64,000 nucleotides of DNA from an uncultured cyanobacterium (GTDB lineage Bacteria > Cyanobacteriota > Cyanobacteriia > Phormidesmidales > Phormidesmidaceae). The stretch's first letter is position 1; every line of letters begins with the position of its first letter. Shown here one piece after another: positions 50,667 to 60,018 of this stretch. The notes beneath the pieces were generated by a model. That model was not told the DNA's origin and did not search any database. It saw only the letters and a program-made list of their open reading frames with translations. Location of the stretch: the NCBI GenBank assembly GCA_963793265.1, contig CAWBZI010000001.1:32001-96000 (forward strand), in the 5' to 3' direction. A program made the translations under genes and the position numbers.

Positions 50667-52334
50667 TTCAAAGCCAGCAACAGCCGCCACGGCCTGCCGC
50701 AGCGCCTCCGTTCTATCGTCTATAAACCGCTCGGCAGGCACCATCTTGAGTAGCCCTAGCTTCGTGAGTCGCTTATAGGTTTGGTCTTTTGCACCCACAA
50801 TGTAGACTGTGCGATCACCCTCCACGGCCTCCTGCACCACATTCTCAATCGAGAGCGAGGTGGTCACGCCCAAGTGCGGCACTTCGCTCAAGTCCAAAAC
50901 CAAAGCCTTACAGTTTTGCACCGCTTCGCGCTGACGTGCGATTGCCTTAGCCACCCCAAAGATCATCGGCCCACTTAGACTAAAGAGCAAAATCCTATCT
51001 TTGCCCTGATCCAGCAGCGCTTTCTCCTCAGGATTGAGTGAGATAGTGTCGTCATCATCCGTAATCGCAGTCACGCCCTTATCTGACCGGAGCTGCGAGA
51101 GCTTATCGATTGTGAGAATATTTGCAACAAAAATGCCGACGCCCACCGCCACCATCAAATCAACAAACACGGTGAGAATAATCACGCCGTACATAATCAT
51201 CGCAGACTTGCGAGAAATATAGTGCGCCCGCTTCAAAAAGCCCCAGTCAATAATGTCGATACCCACTTTGATGATGATGCCAGCAAGCACCGACAGCGGG
51301 ATATTTCGGGTGAGCCCGCTCGCACCCAGCACCACAATCAATAAAATTACTGCCCGAGATAGCCCCGAAAGCGCCGTGCGTCCGCCCGCTTTAATGTTCA
51401 CCACCGTGCCCATCGTCGCCCCAGCGCCAGGCAGTCCACCGCACAGCCCTGAGACAATGTTGCCGATTCCCTGCCCGATCAGCTCCTTATTAGAATCATG
51501 CTCAGTACGCGTCAAACTATCGGCTACCACCGACGTTAGCAGCGCGTCAATGCTGCCTAATATGCCAAGTACGCTCGCATCAATCAGCATGTTACGCATC
51601 TGATCGCCCGTGAAGGTAGGCACCGTCAGCGTCGGCACATCAAAGGGCACAAGCCCGATTCGCGGCAGATCTTCAACACCGCCAAATATTGTTAGAGACA
51701 GCACCGTCCCGATAATCATCGCTACAAGCTGAGGCGGCGCAAATTTCCGCAGCCCCTTTGGGAAGTAAACGATTATGAGTACCGTTAGCAGCGTTAGGAC
51801 AGCGGCGCTCGGCAAAGCACCTCCTAGCAGCGTAGGTATATCGCCCAAAGTGCCTAGCACACCACCTTTAGGCGCGCTTTGGCCTAACGCTGGCCCAATC
51901 TGTAAAATGATTAGAATCAGCCCAATGCCTGACATAAAGCCAGAAACCACGTTATAGGGCATCAGCGTGACGTATTTTCCTAGCTTGAGCGCGCCAATAA
52001 CAATTTGCAGCACCCCGGCCATCATCACCACGGTAAAGGCCATCGCCATCCCGTTGACTTCATCAGCCGCCATCAGCCGGGCAATCACGGCGGTGATCAC
52101 CACGGTCATCGGGCCAGTGGGCTCAGAAATTAGGGTCGGTGTGCCGCCAAATAGGGCCGCAAAAAAGCCGACTAGTATGGCTCCGTATAGCCCAGCGACA
52201 GGGCCCGCCCCTGAGGCAAAGCCAAATGCTAACGCCATCGGCAGGGCAATTACCGCTGCGGTTAGCCCCCCAAATAGGTCGCCGCGCAGGTGCCGGAAGT
52301 TTATTTGATTCGTGAATTTGTAAGATCGGGTCAT
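50601..52334 (-). CDS. bicA: SulP family anion transporter with STAS domain, BicA-like
   Basis: [46 protein letters not shown] domain; substrate not provable from sequence. Confidence 0.8.
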   Translation of the reverse strand: MTRSYKFTNQINFRHLRGDLFGGLTAAVIALPMALAFGFASGAGPVAGLYGAILVGFFAALFGGTPTLISEPTGPMTVVITAVIARLMAADEVNGMAMAFTVVMMAGVLQIVIGALKLGKYVTLMPYNVVSGFMSGIGLILIILQIGPALGQSAPKGGVLGTLGDIPTLLGGALPSAAVLTLLTVLIIVYFPKGLRKFAPPQLVAMIIGTVLSLTIFGGVEDLPRIGLVPFDVPTLTVPTFTGDQMRNMLIDASVLGILGSIDALLTSVVADSLTRTEHDSNKELIGQGIGNIVSGLCGGLPGAGATMGTVVNIKAGGRTALSGLSRAVILLIVVLGASGLTRNIPLSVLAGIIIKVGIDIIDWGFLKRAHYISRKSAMIMYGVIILTVFVDLMVAVGVGIFVANILTIDKLSQLRSDKGVTAITDDDDTISLNPEEKALLDQGKDRILLFSLSGPMIFGVAKAIARQREAVQNCKALVLDLSEVPHLGVTTSLSIENVVQEAVEGDRTVYIVGAKDQTYKRLTKLGLLKMVPAERFIDDRTEALRQAVAAVAGFELRSPVSTNESVDPIHAALDGV

Positions 52335-52417
52335 GGCAGAAAAGCAGCCCTCAACGTCATCTCTGCTACTTAGTGTCTCACGACTCTTGACTTGAACCTA
52401 CAGGATTCTACAGAGCC

Positions 52418-53872
52418 TTATAGAGTTAGCACTACACGGCCTACAGGTTTTGCAATGCAGGTGAGCACACAGCCGCCTGCGCGATCGCCCTCACTTAAGC
52501 CCTTTGGCTCCACGTCATAACAAACCTCACCGGCAGCTATTGTTTGTTTGCACATCCCACAGCTCCCCATCCGACAGCCGCTTGCAATCGTCACGCCCGC
52601 TTGTTCGGCAGCGTCTAATAAAGTGTCAGACTCATCGCAGGCGATCGCCTCTCCCGAAGCCGAAAACTCCACCAAAGGCGCTTCTGTAGAATTGCCTTCA
52701 GAACCAGATGAGAAGGGAACCGCGACAGGCATTGACGCTTTAGCCGCCTCAGGCTTCACCGCTGAAGATCCACCAAAACTTTCCTCGTAATAGTTCTCCA
52801 TCGGAAACCCTTCCGCTTCGAGCAGATTTTTAGTGCTGCTCATAAAGCCCGCTGGCCCACAGACAAAAGCATGACGCTTGGCAAAATCAGGACAAATAGC
52901 CGACAGCATCGCCGGGTTCAACCGCCCCCGGTAGCCTGCCCACGGCACGAGAGGCGTCTCCTTCGTCAGCGTAAAAGCCAGCTTAAAGTGAGGGTGCTGA
53001 GCCGCTAACAGTTCTAATCGCTGACGAAAGATAATATCGTGCGGGGTACGCGCAGCATGGATAAAGGTGATATCGACAGTTGCAGCCCGGTCACTAAGCC
53101 ACTGCGACATTGCCATCATTGGCGTAATCCCGCTGCCCGCTGAAATTAACAACAGCTTATCGGCAGGATAGTCCACACAGTTAAACTGTCCAAACGGCCC
53201 CTGCATGAGCAGCGTCATCCCTACCTCAAACTGGTCGTGCAGCCAGTTAGACACTATTCCCGGCGGCAAATCCTGACTCGCCGCCCCCACTCTTTTCACC
53301 GTAATATCCAGCGTATGAGGCCGCGAAGGGCTCGATGAAATCGAATACGAGCGCATCACCGGTTTGTTGTCGGCTCCATCAATCGGCACTTGCAGCGTCA
53401 CGAACTGACCAGGCTTAAAGTCAAATAGCTGCTCAGGTTCGCTTACAAAGCGAAAGGTCTTTACATCGTGAGTTTCTTGAATAATCTGAACGCAGCGGCC
53501 CGTAAAGGCTTCACCGGCTGAGCGCGAGGTTGTTAGGTTTTGAACCGCGGGCGTGGGCTTTAGCGATTCTACAATAAGGGCAAAATCACCAATCCTGATC
53601 ACATCATCAGGCGCGATCGCATACCCTTGATTCACCTGAGCCTCCTCGTTGTTCAGCCGCGATCCGTCCGTACTGCCTAAGTCGGTAAAAAAACAGCGAT
53701 CGCCCTCAAACAAAATCCGACCGTGCACCCGGCTCACCGCAGGCCCGTCTAGGATCAAATCACAGTTGGGATGCCGACCGATCAAACACTCCGACTGCTG
53801 CATTGAGCGAGGCAACAGCTCAGCAGAGTAAACATCATTTGTGTTGTAGTTAACAATCTTTGTTTTCAACAT
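52418..53872 (-). CDS. FHA domain + FAD/NAD(P) reductase (FNR-like) + 2Fe-2S ferredoxin fusion
   Basis: IGRH...VSRVH...DLGSTDG (FHA); RSYSISS, AGSGITP, CGP; CRMGSCGMC...C. Confidence 0.88.
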   Translation of the reverse strand: MLKTKIVNYNTNDVYSAELLPRSMQQSECLIGRHPNCDLILDGPAVSRVHGRILFEGDRCFFTDLGSTDGSRLNNEEAQVNQGYAIAPDDVIRIGDFALIVESLKPTPAVQNLTTSRSAGEAFTGRCVQIIQETHDVKTFRFVSEPEQLFDFKPGQFVTLQVPIDGADNKPVMRSYSISSSPSRPHTLDITVKRVGAASQDLPPGIVSNWLHDQFEVGMTLLMQGPFGQFNCVDYPADKLLLISAGSGITPMMAMSQWLSDRAATVDITFIHAARTPHDIIFRQRLELLAAQHPHFKLAFTLTKETPLVPWAGYRGRLNPAMLSAICPDFAKRHAFVCGPAGFMSSTKNLLEAEGFPMENYYEESFGGSSAVKPEAAKASMPVAVPFSSGSEGNSTEAPLVEFSASGEAIACDESDTLLDAAEQAGVTIASGCRMGSCGMCKQTIAAGEVCYDVEPKGLSEGDRAGGCVLTCIAKPVGRVVLTL

Positions 53873-53922
53873 GACAAAAAGAATCCTTACGGTGTGAGTG
53901 ATATTGACTTAAACGCTGCCGT

Positions 53923-55470
53923 CTATGGTTTTTGCATCGTTTTTTTAGGCACATACGTTGAGCGAATAACTGTTTTTGGCGCTTCACTTTTAGGCCGACG
54001 AATGGCGGTCTTAGGTAAGGGCAAGTCTTTTTTATCTTCACTAGCAGCAGGCTTAGCGATCGCCCGAGGCAGCACCTTCGCCAGCACATCAACCGTTTCT
54101 ACCCCAAGCTGTTCGGTCGTATAGCCCTCACCCAACAGCTCATCTACATTCACGGCAAGCTTTTTAAGCTGACGGTGACGCTTACCCACCAAGCTCTCCT
54201 GTTCATATAGCTGCTCGCTACGGCTCCAGGTTCGATACAGCCACAAACTGCTCACCACAGCTATCAGCGTTTGAAAAGCAAACTGAACAACTATCGGCAG
54301 TCGAATAATTTCGGGGCGACCGCCATAGATAAAGAAGAAGTTGACGGCAACGAACGTACAAAGAGAGAACATTCTATGAAGGCTTTTATCTGCAATGTTC
54401 TCAGAACTTCCAACAGATTTTGCTTTCAAGTAGCCCCGGTAGTAGCGCTCTAAACCGGTACATATCCAGCAGCTTGCAGCGGCGAAGATGGCAAGTGTTA
54501 GGGGTGCAGCAAGAATTTTAGGAATTGCGATCGCCTGCCCAAACAAATAGAAACCAGGCTCAACCAGCGATATCACCGTTCGAGGATCATGGCTCCAAAC
54601 GCCCGAAAAGTAGTACCTAAAATTACCTGCATACAAACCGTAGTAGCAAAAGTAGCCAATCACCAGGCCCAAATAGCCATACTGCACCAGCTTTCGCCCT
54701 GGCTTACGCATCTGATCCCAATACGACTGCTCAGCATCTATGTCCATACAGGCTGACTTACAAGAAACGCAGGCGCTCTCTTCATTCCCCTGGCTATCGA
54801 CTGTGCGACACATTGATTGGGTCAGGCTATAGGGCTCAGCCTCATGCGCCTTGCTATCGAGCAGGCCGCGCGGCCCGGTCAAAACGGTCTGCACCATACC
54901 GAAAGGGCATACATAGTGGCACCAGCTCCGCCCGCCATATAAAGCAACCACCCCAGCCGCCAACAGCAGCGTCATAATAAAGAACACGCCGACCGCACTT
55001 CTCACCGAGTTAAACAGCAAGATCCGCCCTGTAATGCCTAAAAAGAACAGAACAAATTGAAGATAAAGGTGGTTTTGTTTTAGCCACTGGTTTTGCTCAA
55101 TGCTAAGCAAAGGCTTCATGCCTAAAGCTCTAGGTAGCTGAGAGAAAAAATACAGCGGACAAATTCGTCGCCAAACCTCATGACCGAACACAAATACAAC
55201 AAAGAAGGCGGTAGGAATGACCATGCCCCAAAATACGCGAGTGGAGATTTCATAGGGCGCTGAATTAACGCAATATCCTTGAGCGCTCACGCAGAGATTG
55301 TATTGTTGGGATGTTGCGATCGCCTCATCAGCTAGCCACCCACCATTAGCCGGGTCAGTCAGCGCCGCAGACACAGGATCGTAAAACAAAGACACTATCA
55401 GCAATCCCCACGCCAGCAAAACGGCCCAGCGAATCGTGTGCATTTTCTTTTCAGACAAGGTAGATAACAT
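53923..55470 (-). CDS. Polytopic membrane protein with Fe-S binding motifs (NapH/FixG-like)
   Basis: Multiple TM helices; RRICP, WCHYVCP, C...CVSCKSAC. Confidence 0.8.
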   Translation of the reverse strand: MLSTLSEKKMHTIRWAVLLAWGLLIVSLFYDPVSAALTDPANGGWLADEAIATSQQYNLCVSAQGYCVNSAPYEISTRVFWGMVIPTAFFVVFVFGHEVWRRICPLYFFSQLPRALGMKPLLSIEQNQWLKQNHLYLQFVLFFLGITGRILLFNSVRSAVGVFFIMTLLLAAGVVALYGGRSWCHYVCPFGMVQTVLTGPRGLLDSKAHEAEPYSLTQSMCRTVDSQGNEESACVSCKSACMDIDAEQSYWDQMRKPGRKLVQYGYLGLVIGYFCYYGLYAGNFRYYFSGVWSHDPRTVISLVEPGFYLFGQAIAIPKILAAPLTLAIFAAASCWICTGLERYYRGYLKAKSVGSSENIADKSLHRMFSLCTFVAVNFFFIYGGRPEIIRLPIVVQFAFQTLIAVVSSLWLYRTWSRSEQLYEQESLVGKRHRQLKKLAVNVDELLGEGYTTEQLGVETVDVLAKVLPRAIAKPAASEDKKDLPLPKTAIRRPKSEAPKTVIRSTYVPKKTMQKP

Positions 55471-55575
55471 GAGTCGTTACATGCGCGATATAACGAGCTA
55501 TCATCACAACAACGACTTTTTCTGCAAATTTACTGCTACCTTGATTGTGTAAGACTTACCGAAGGAGCAATAGCT

Positions 55576-56223
55576 GTGGTTTCTCAGATACCAACATCTA
55601 AAGCCATGGAGGTTTTCTACCCAGATACCGACGGGCAGCCTATGGCAAGCAATACGGAGCAATATCGTTGGATTGTGACTATCCAGCAAAACTTAGACTG
55701 GCTACTTCCCGACGCCTTTGTAGCAGGCGACTTATTTTGGTATCCCATCGAAGGTCGTTCAGATATTTCAGTGGCTCCCGATGTGATGGTTGCCATAGGT
55801 CGTTTGAAGGGTAAACGACTCTCATACAAGCAGTGGCAAGAAGATGATACACCGCCTCAAGTTGTCTTTGAAATTCTTTTGCCTAGCAACACAAGAAGAG
55901 AAATGGATGCCAAACTGCTCTTCTTTGATCGTCACGGCGTTCAAGAATACTACCTGTACGATACCGAACGCCACGAACTGAACGGATTTGTCAGAGATGA
56001 GTTGGGGCTAACCCCCATCATAGATATCGTGCCTGACTGGATCAGTCCTTTACTCAAAATCCGTTTTGATATGACTAAAGACGTACTACAACTGTTTCGC
56101 CCAGACGGTACGCCCTTCTCAACCTATCAAGAAGTTATGCAGAGAGCTGAACTAGCCGAACAAAAAGCAACGCGACTAGCCGAAAAGCTCAGAGAACTAG
56201 GCGTTGACCCTGACCAAATCTAA
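55576..56223 (+). CDS. Uma2 family (PD-(D/E)xK) endonuclease
   Basis: YPDTDGQPMA, GDLFWYP, APDVMV, PQVVFEIL, GVQEYYLYD. Confidence 0.9.
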   Translation: MVSQIPTSKAMEVFYPDTDGQPMASNTEQYRWIVTIQQNLDWLLPDAFVAGDLFWYPIEGRSDISVAPDVMVAIGRLKGKRLSYKQWQEDDTPPQVVFEILLPSNTRREMDAKLLFFDRHGVQEYYLYDTERHELNGFVRDELGLTPIIDIVPDWISPLLKIRFDMTKDVLQLFRPDGTPFSTYQEVMQRAELAEQKATRLAEKLRELGVDPDQI

Positions 56224-56897
56224 GGCAATAGATCCAAATCTACAACAAGCGGGCGATGGTCGCTGCTGTTGAACTGCTCGAAGCCAGGTATCGCTACGCT
56301 AGAAATTTTAGAGGCCCAAGGTTTCGGTAGAAAGCAGTAGTCAATGTGAAAAGGTTGCGTCACTTTCCACTGCCAGTAGTAAGTCGTATCGAGTTCGTCT
56401 CCATGCTTACAACCGTGATACGTATGGTAAGCGCTGACTAATCCAAGATCTTCTAAATCATGCACCAGGTCGTCGTGATTGTAGGATTTGTTGGTAGCGT
56501 TGAACTTACGATGGCTGTTAAAGTCGCCCAGCAAGATAGTAAGATTTTTACGAATAGAGTCAGCGTTCGCCTCTAAGGTAGCTTTTAGGCTTTTAGTATA
56601 CGAAGGCTCTTTGTGTGTCCAAATGCCGATTGCATCAAAGCTGACTGACCCGCTGATAGAGGCTTTTAGGTGATGAGGCGCTTCTTGGTTAGTCGTTGAG
56701 TTCGCGATCGCCCATCCCTCTTTTACCCAAACCGCAATCCCCTGCTGCGTATTCCGCTGACTCGCAACGACCTGACCGTTCGTAACAACACTGCCACAGC
56801 ACTCTTGCAAACAAACAACATCGGGCTCAAGCTGACTCAGCGCCTTCACCCTTTTATCTACGTCCCCGCGATAGCAGTTCCAAGAAATAATTCTCAT
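56220..56897 (-). CDS. Endonuclease/exonuclease/phosphatase family protein
   Basis: ISWN, DVVCLQE, GDFN, HIDY, SDHRP. Confidence 0.9.
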   Translation of the reverse strand: MRIISWNCYRGDVDKRVKALSQLEPDVVCLQECCGSVVTNGQVVASQRNTQQGIAVWVKEGWAIANSTTNQEAPHHLKASISGSVSFDAIGIWTHKEPSYTKSLKATLEANADSIRKNLTILLGDFNSHRKFNATNKSYNHDDLVHDLEDLGLVSAYHTYHGCKHGDELDTTYYWQWKVTQPFHIDYCFLPKPWASKISSVAIPGFEQFNSSDHRPLVVDLDLLP

Positions 56898-56970
56898 TTT
56901 ATACAACAAGACATAGGGTTTTACTTACCAACATGTTCTATCTTTTAGTCATTCATCTACACTAATTGAC

Positions 56971-57585
56971 TTGATAGCCTCTAACGTTTTAACTGCCGAC
57001 TGGTTCAACCGCCCCTCTCCTAAAGTTGCCGAAGACTTAATCGGATGTACTTTGGTGCGCGTGATCGACGATGAAACAGTGCGCGGAAAAATTGTTGAAA
57101 CCGAAGCCTACGAATCAGGCGACCCGGCTATGTATGCCTACGAAACCAAAACGGCCCACAACGAAGTTGTCCACGGCCCCGCTGGATTCGCCTACGTCTA
57201 TCGCATTTATCACCAGTATCACTGCTTCAACATCGTGACCGACCGCGACGGATTTCCTAGCACCATTTTGATTCGAGCCGTCGATTTAGAACAGCGCCCA
57301 AGCTGGATAGATCCGAACAAAGAAAAATTGCCTCGGGTAGCAGCAGGCCCCGGTAAAATGTGCCGCACCCTGAAAATTGACGAGTCTCTCAAAGGCATTC
57401 CTATTCATCCAGATTCTGGGCTCTGGGTAGAAGCGCGCGCCGAAGATCCTTCAATAGCAACTCCAACACTATTTGATACGCCTCCAGCCATCACCCAGAC
57501 CACTCGCATCGGCCTTTCCAAAGGCGTTGATGTTCCGTGGCGCTGGTACCTCACCGACTCTCCGGCGGTATCTCGCAAAAAATAA
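56971..57585 (+). CDS. DNA-3-methyladenine glycosylase (MPG/AAG)
   Basis: IVETEAY, YVYRIY, ILIRA, GPGK, RIG, WRWY. Confidence 0.92.
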   Translation: MIASNVLTADWFNRPSPKVAEDLIGCTLVRVIDDETVRGKIVETEAYESGDPAMYAYETKTAHNEVVHGPAGFAYVYRIYHQYHCFNIVTDRDGFPSTILIRAVDLEQRPSWIDPNKEKLPRVAAGPGKMCRTLKIDESLKGIPIHPDSGLWVEARAEDPSIATPTLFDTPPAITQTTRIGLSKGVDVPWRWYLTDSPAVSRKK

Positions 57586-57683
57586 GGCCGACGAAGCTTT
57601 CCTAAAAAAGACCTCATCGGCTTTATTTATCTTCTAAGTACTTGATAGAACGTTCTACCAACACACCACCAATAGGCAGCTTT

Positions 57684-57908
57684 TTAGTAGCTATTTCCAA
57701 ATTCAGCCCATAGCGTACCTTCACCTGGCACAATGACTTGAACTTCCGCGTCGTTGCTAGTCGTAGCAGCTTGAGTCGTTTCAGCTAGGCTCGCGCGAAC
57801 AACCGTATAGCCTAAAACAAACATAACGCCTGCAACAAAAGCACCGGTAATCGCCTTATCAAGACCAGACGTGCGAGTTGCGTTTTGAGTGGCTGTGTTA
57901 TAGCTCAT
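57684..57908 (-). CDS. Small hypothetical single-TM protein
   Basis: 74-aa ORF with one hydrophobic helix; shares an imperfect hairpin (~57582-57630) with the convergent MPG gene. Confidence 0.5.
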   Translation of the reverse strand: MSYNTATQNATRTSGLDKAITGAFVAGVMFVLGYTVVRASLAETTQAATTSNDAEVQVIVPGEGTLWAEFGNSY

Positions 57909-58366
57909 TTGAATAAAAGTCCTTGTATTGACTGAGTACATAGCCATACTCTCAGACTTTTCGGTATACGCTTATACCGTTTACTTTTATTTAATATCTA
58001 CATATAGAGGTATTAATAATTGAGAATATCTGTAAACGCTGACTTTAGTCTTTTAGGACTCTATTGCTCTCAAAGGGCTGCGTAATTTGCTCACCCAAAG
58101 ACATCGGTAGGTTGGAATAATGAGAGACTACGCCGTGACCCATACCCGCTGCCAGTCCTAGAAAAGCAGGCAAAAACAAAGCAACCAAATTATTCATAAA
58201 ATTTCAATACGCTACTCTCCTAAGATTCCCAAGAATAGCGGCTTGTTTTTGTAACCAGCTTTACCATTTGCAACAAACCTAAAGGAGTATATGTAATAAT
58301 TACATCTCTTGTATGCAACTTTATTTTCCTGGTTAGGCCAGTAGGTCATAAGCTCACAAAAAACAC

Positions 58367-58403
58367 TGAACGCCGTACAGAAGTGTCATCTGTACGGCGT
58401 TCA
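58367..58403 (-). terminator. Terminator of the T1SS operon
   Basis: Perfect 15-bp inverted repeat TGAACGCCGTACAGA/TCTGTACGGCGTTCA followed on minus strand by GTGTTTTTT. Confidence 0.8.
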
Positions 58404-58428
58404 ATTTTAGAGCTAGTGTTAAAAACAC

Positions 58429-60012
58429 CTACCCACCAGATTTCAGCGCATCCGTCTTCCGTACAAAGATGTCTGTGAAGAACGTAATAATCCGACGCTT
58501 GCGCAAATTGATATTGGCACTCAGAGACATCCCCGAGCGCAGCTCAAGCATCAGATCGTCTGACATCATTTCTTGAGCATCTAGCTCTACCTCAGCCGGG
58601 AATCGGTAGTACGGAAACGTTTCATCAGGCGGTAGCGCATCGGTACCAATCCTTGTCAAGGTGCCTTCCATATCGCCAAATTCGCTGTACGAAAAAGCAT
58701 CAATTCGAACGTCTACTTTTTGCCCAACTTCAATAAAGCCAATGTCTTTATTAGGAATAAAGATGCGTGCTACCAAGGCATCTTGAGGCACAATCTCCAT
58801 CATCGGCTCGGTAGAGTTAGCGACATAGCCCGGACGATTTGCCTTGAGGTTAAACACCGTACCTGTAATCGGCGCAGTCAAAGCCTGTTGGGTTTGACTC
58901 TGCTGTAGCTGAATTAGCTCGCTGTTGAGCTGCGCAATCTGCCGGTTGTTGTCAATAATTCGCTGACCGAGCTGGCTTTCAATATCGTCAATCCGCTGCT
59001 GGTTGACATCAATGCGATTGTACAAATCTACCTGAGAGCTAGATTCTGTGCGCTCAACTTCTGTCTCTGCCTGAGAAATTTGAAAGGTCAGAACAGCAAT
59101 ATCTTCTCTGAGCGTATCAACGGCTGCTTGCTTATCGTTCACTTCTTGCTCTTGCTGCAAAAAGGAAAGCTCGGCAACTGCCCCTTCCTTAAAGAGTCTC
59201 TCAAGTCGATCTAGAATCTCTTGATTGGTAGCCAAGTCGTTTTGGGCATTGCCAAGCTGAATTCGCGCCTTATCGAGCTGTTCACGCAGTTCACCGGCTC
59301 TAGAGCGATTGATACTTTGCTCGTTGCCAATATTGCTTCTAGCCGCTTCAAAGCGATCGATTTGATCGCTAGAGAGCCCCGCTGAGCTGCCCTCAAGCTG
59401 CGCTCTATAGAGACGATTAGTTTCAATCAGGCCCAAGCGATCGCTTCCCCGCTGTGTCAACGCTGGCGAAACGCCCTCTGGAGCCACTGCATCCACATCA
59501 CCTGCCTTTTGAGCGCTGTAGTAAGCATTCTCTTCCTTTAGCCCCTTAAGTCTTTCTTGTACAGACTCAATCTGCGCTTCAGTAGCCGTCTCATCTAAAG
59601 TCGCAACCACTTCTCCTTTTTCAACCAGCTCTCCTTCCTCTACCATTATCTCATCTACAACACCGCCCAAAGGAGCCTGTACCACCTGCACCGCGCTTAT
59701 CGGCTCCAGCTTGCCCTGGGCCCCGATGTTCTCGTCTACCTTAAAAATAAATGCGGCCAGCACCGAGAGCGTCGTAAAGCCCATAATGCTAATTGTGATC
59801 CACCGCGCCCACTGCGGCGACTGCCGTAGAATAACCGGCTTGTCAAAAGACTGAGGCACGTAGCTGTCAAACTGAGGGCTGTTGCCGTTCGCTGGCGCTT
59901 GAATACCGCCGTTGCCATTGCCGTTACTAGAACCATTCATATGGCCGTTCGTAGCACCGTTGCCATTACCGTTGCCGTTTGTAAACTGCGGTCTGTTAGA
60001 GGTACTTGTCAT
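58429..60012 (-). CDS. hlyD: HlyD family type I secretion membrane fusion protein
   Basis: TM, GKLEP, lipoyl-like halves, coiled coil, KDIGFI..GQ.VDVRIDAF...FG, LRSGM. Confidence 0.92.
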   Translation of the reverse strand: MTSTSNRPQFTNGNGNGNGATNGHMNGSSNGNGNGGIQAPANGNSPQFDSYVPQSFDKPVILRQSPQWARWITISIMGFTTLSVLAAFIFKVDENIGAQGKLEPISAVQVVQAPLGGVVDEIMVEEGELVEKGEVVATLDETATEAQIESVQERLKGLKEENAYYSAQKAGDVDAVAPEGVSPALTQRGSDRLGLIETNRLYRAQLEGSSAGLSSDQIDRFEAARSNIGNEQSINRSRAGELREQLDKARIQLGNAQNDLATNQEILDRLERLFKEGAVAELSFLQQEQEVNDKQAAVDTLREDIAVLTFQISQAETEVERTESSSQVDLYNRIDVNQQRIDDIESQLGQRIIDNNRQIAQLNSELIQLQQSQTQQALTAPITGTVFNLKANRPGYVANSTEPMMEIVPQDALVARIFIPNKDIGFIEVGQKVDVRIDAFSYSEFGDMEGTLTRIGTDALPPDETFPYYRFPAEVELDAQEMMSDDLMLELRSGMSLSANINLRKRRIITFFTDIFVRKTDALKSGG

Positions 60013-60018
60013 TGGTCG

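Noticed and set aside
58292..58304. NtcA site at TGTAATAATTACA
   Set aside because: Spacing is GTA-N5-TAC, not N8.
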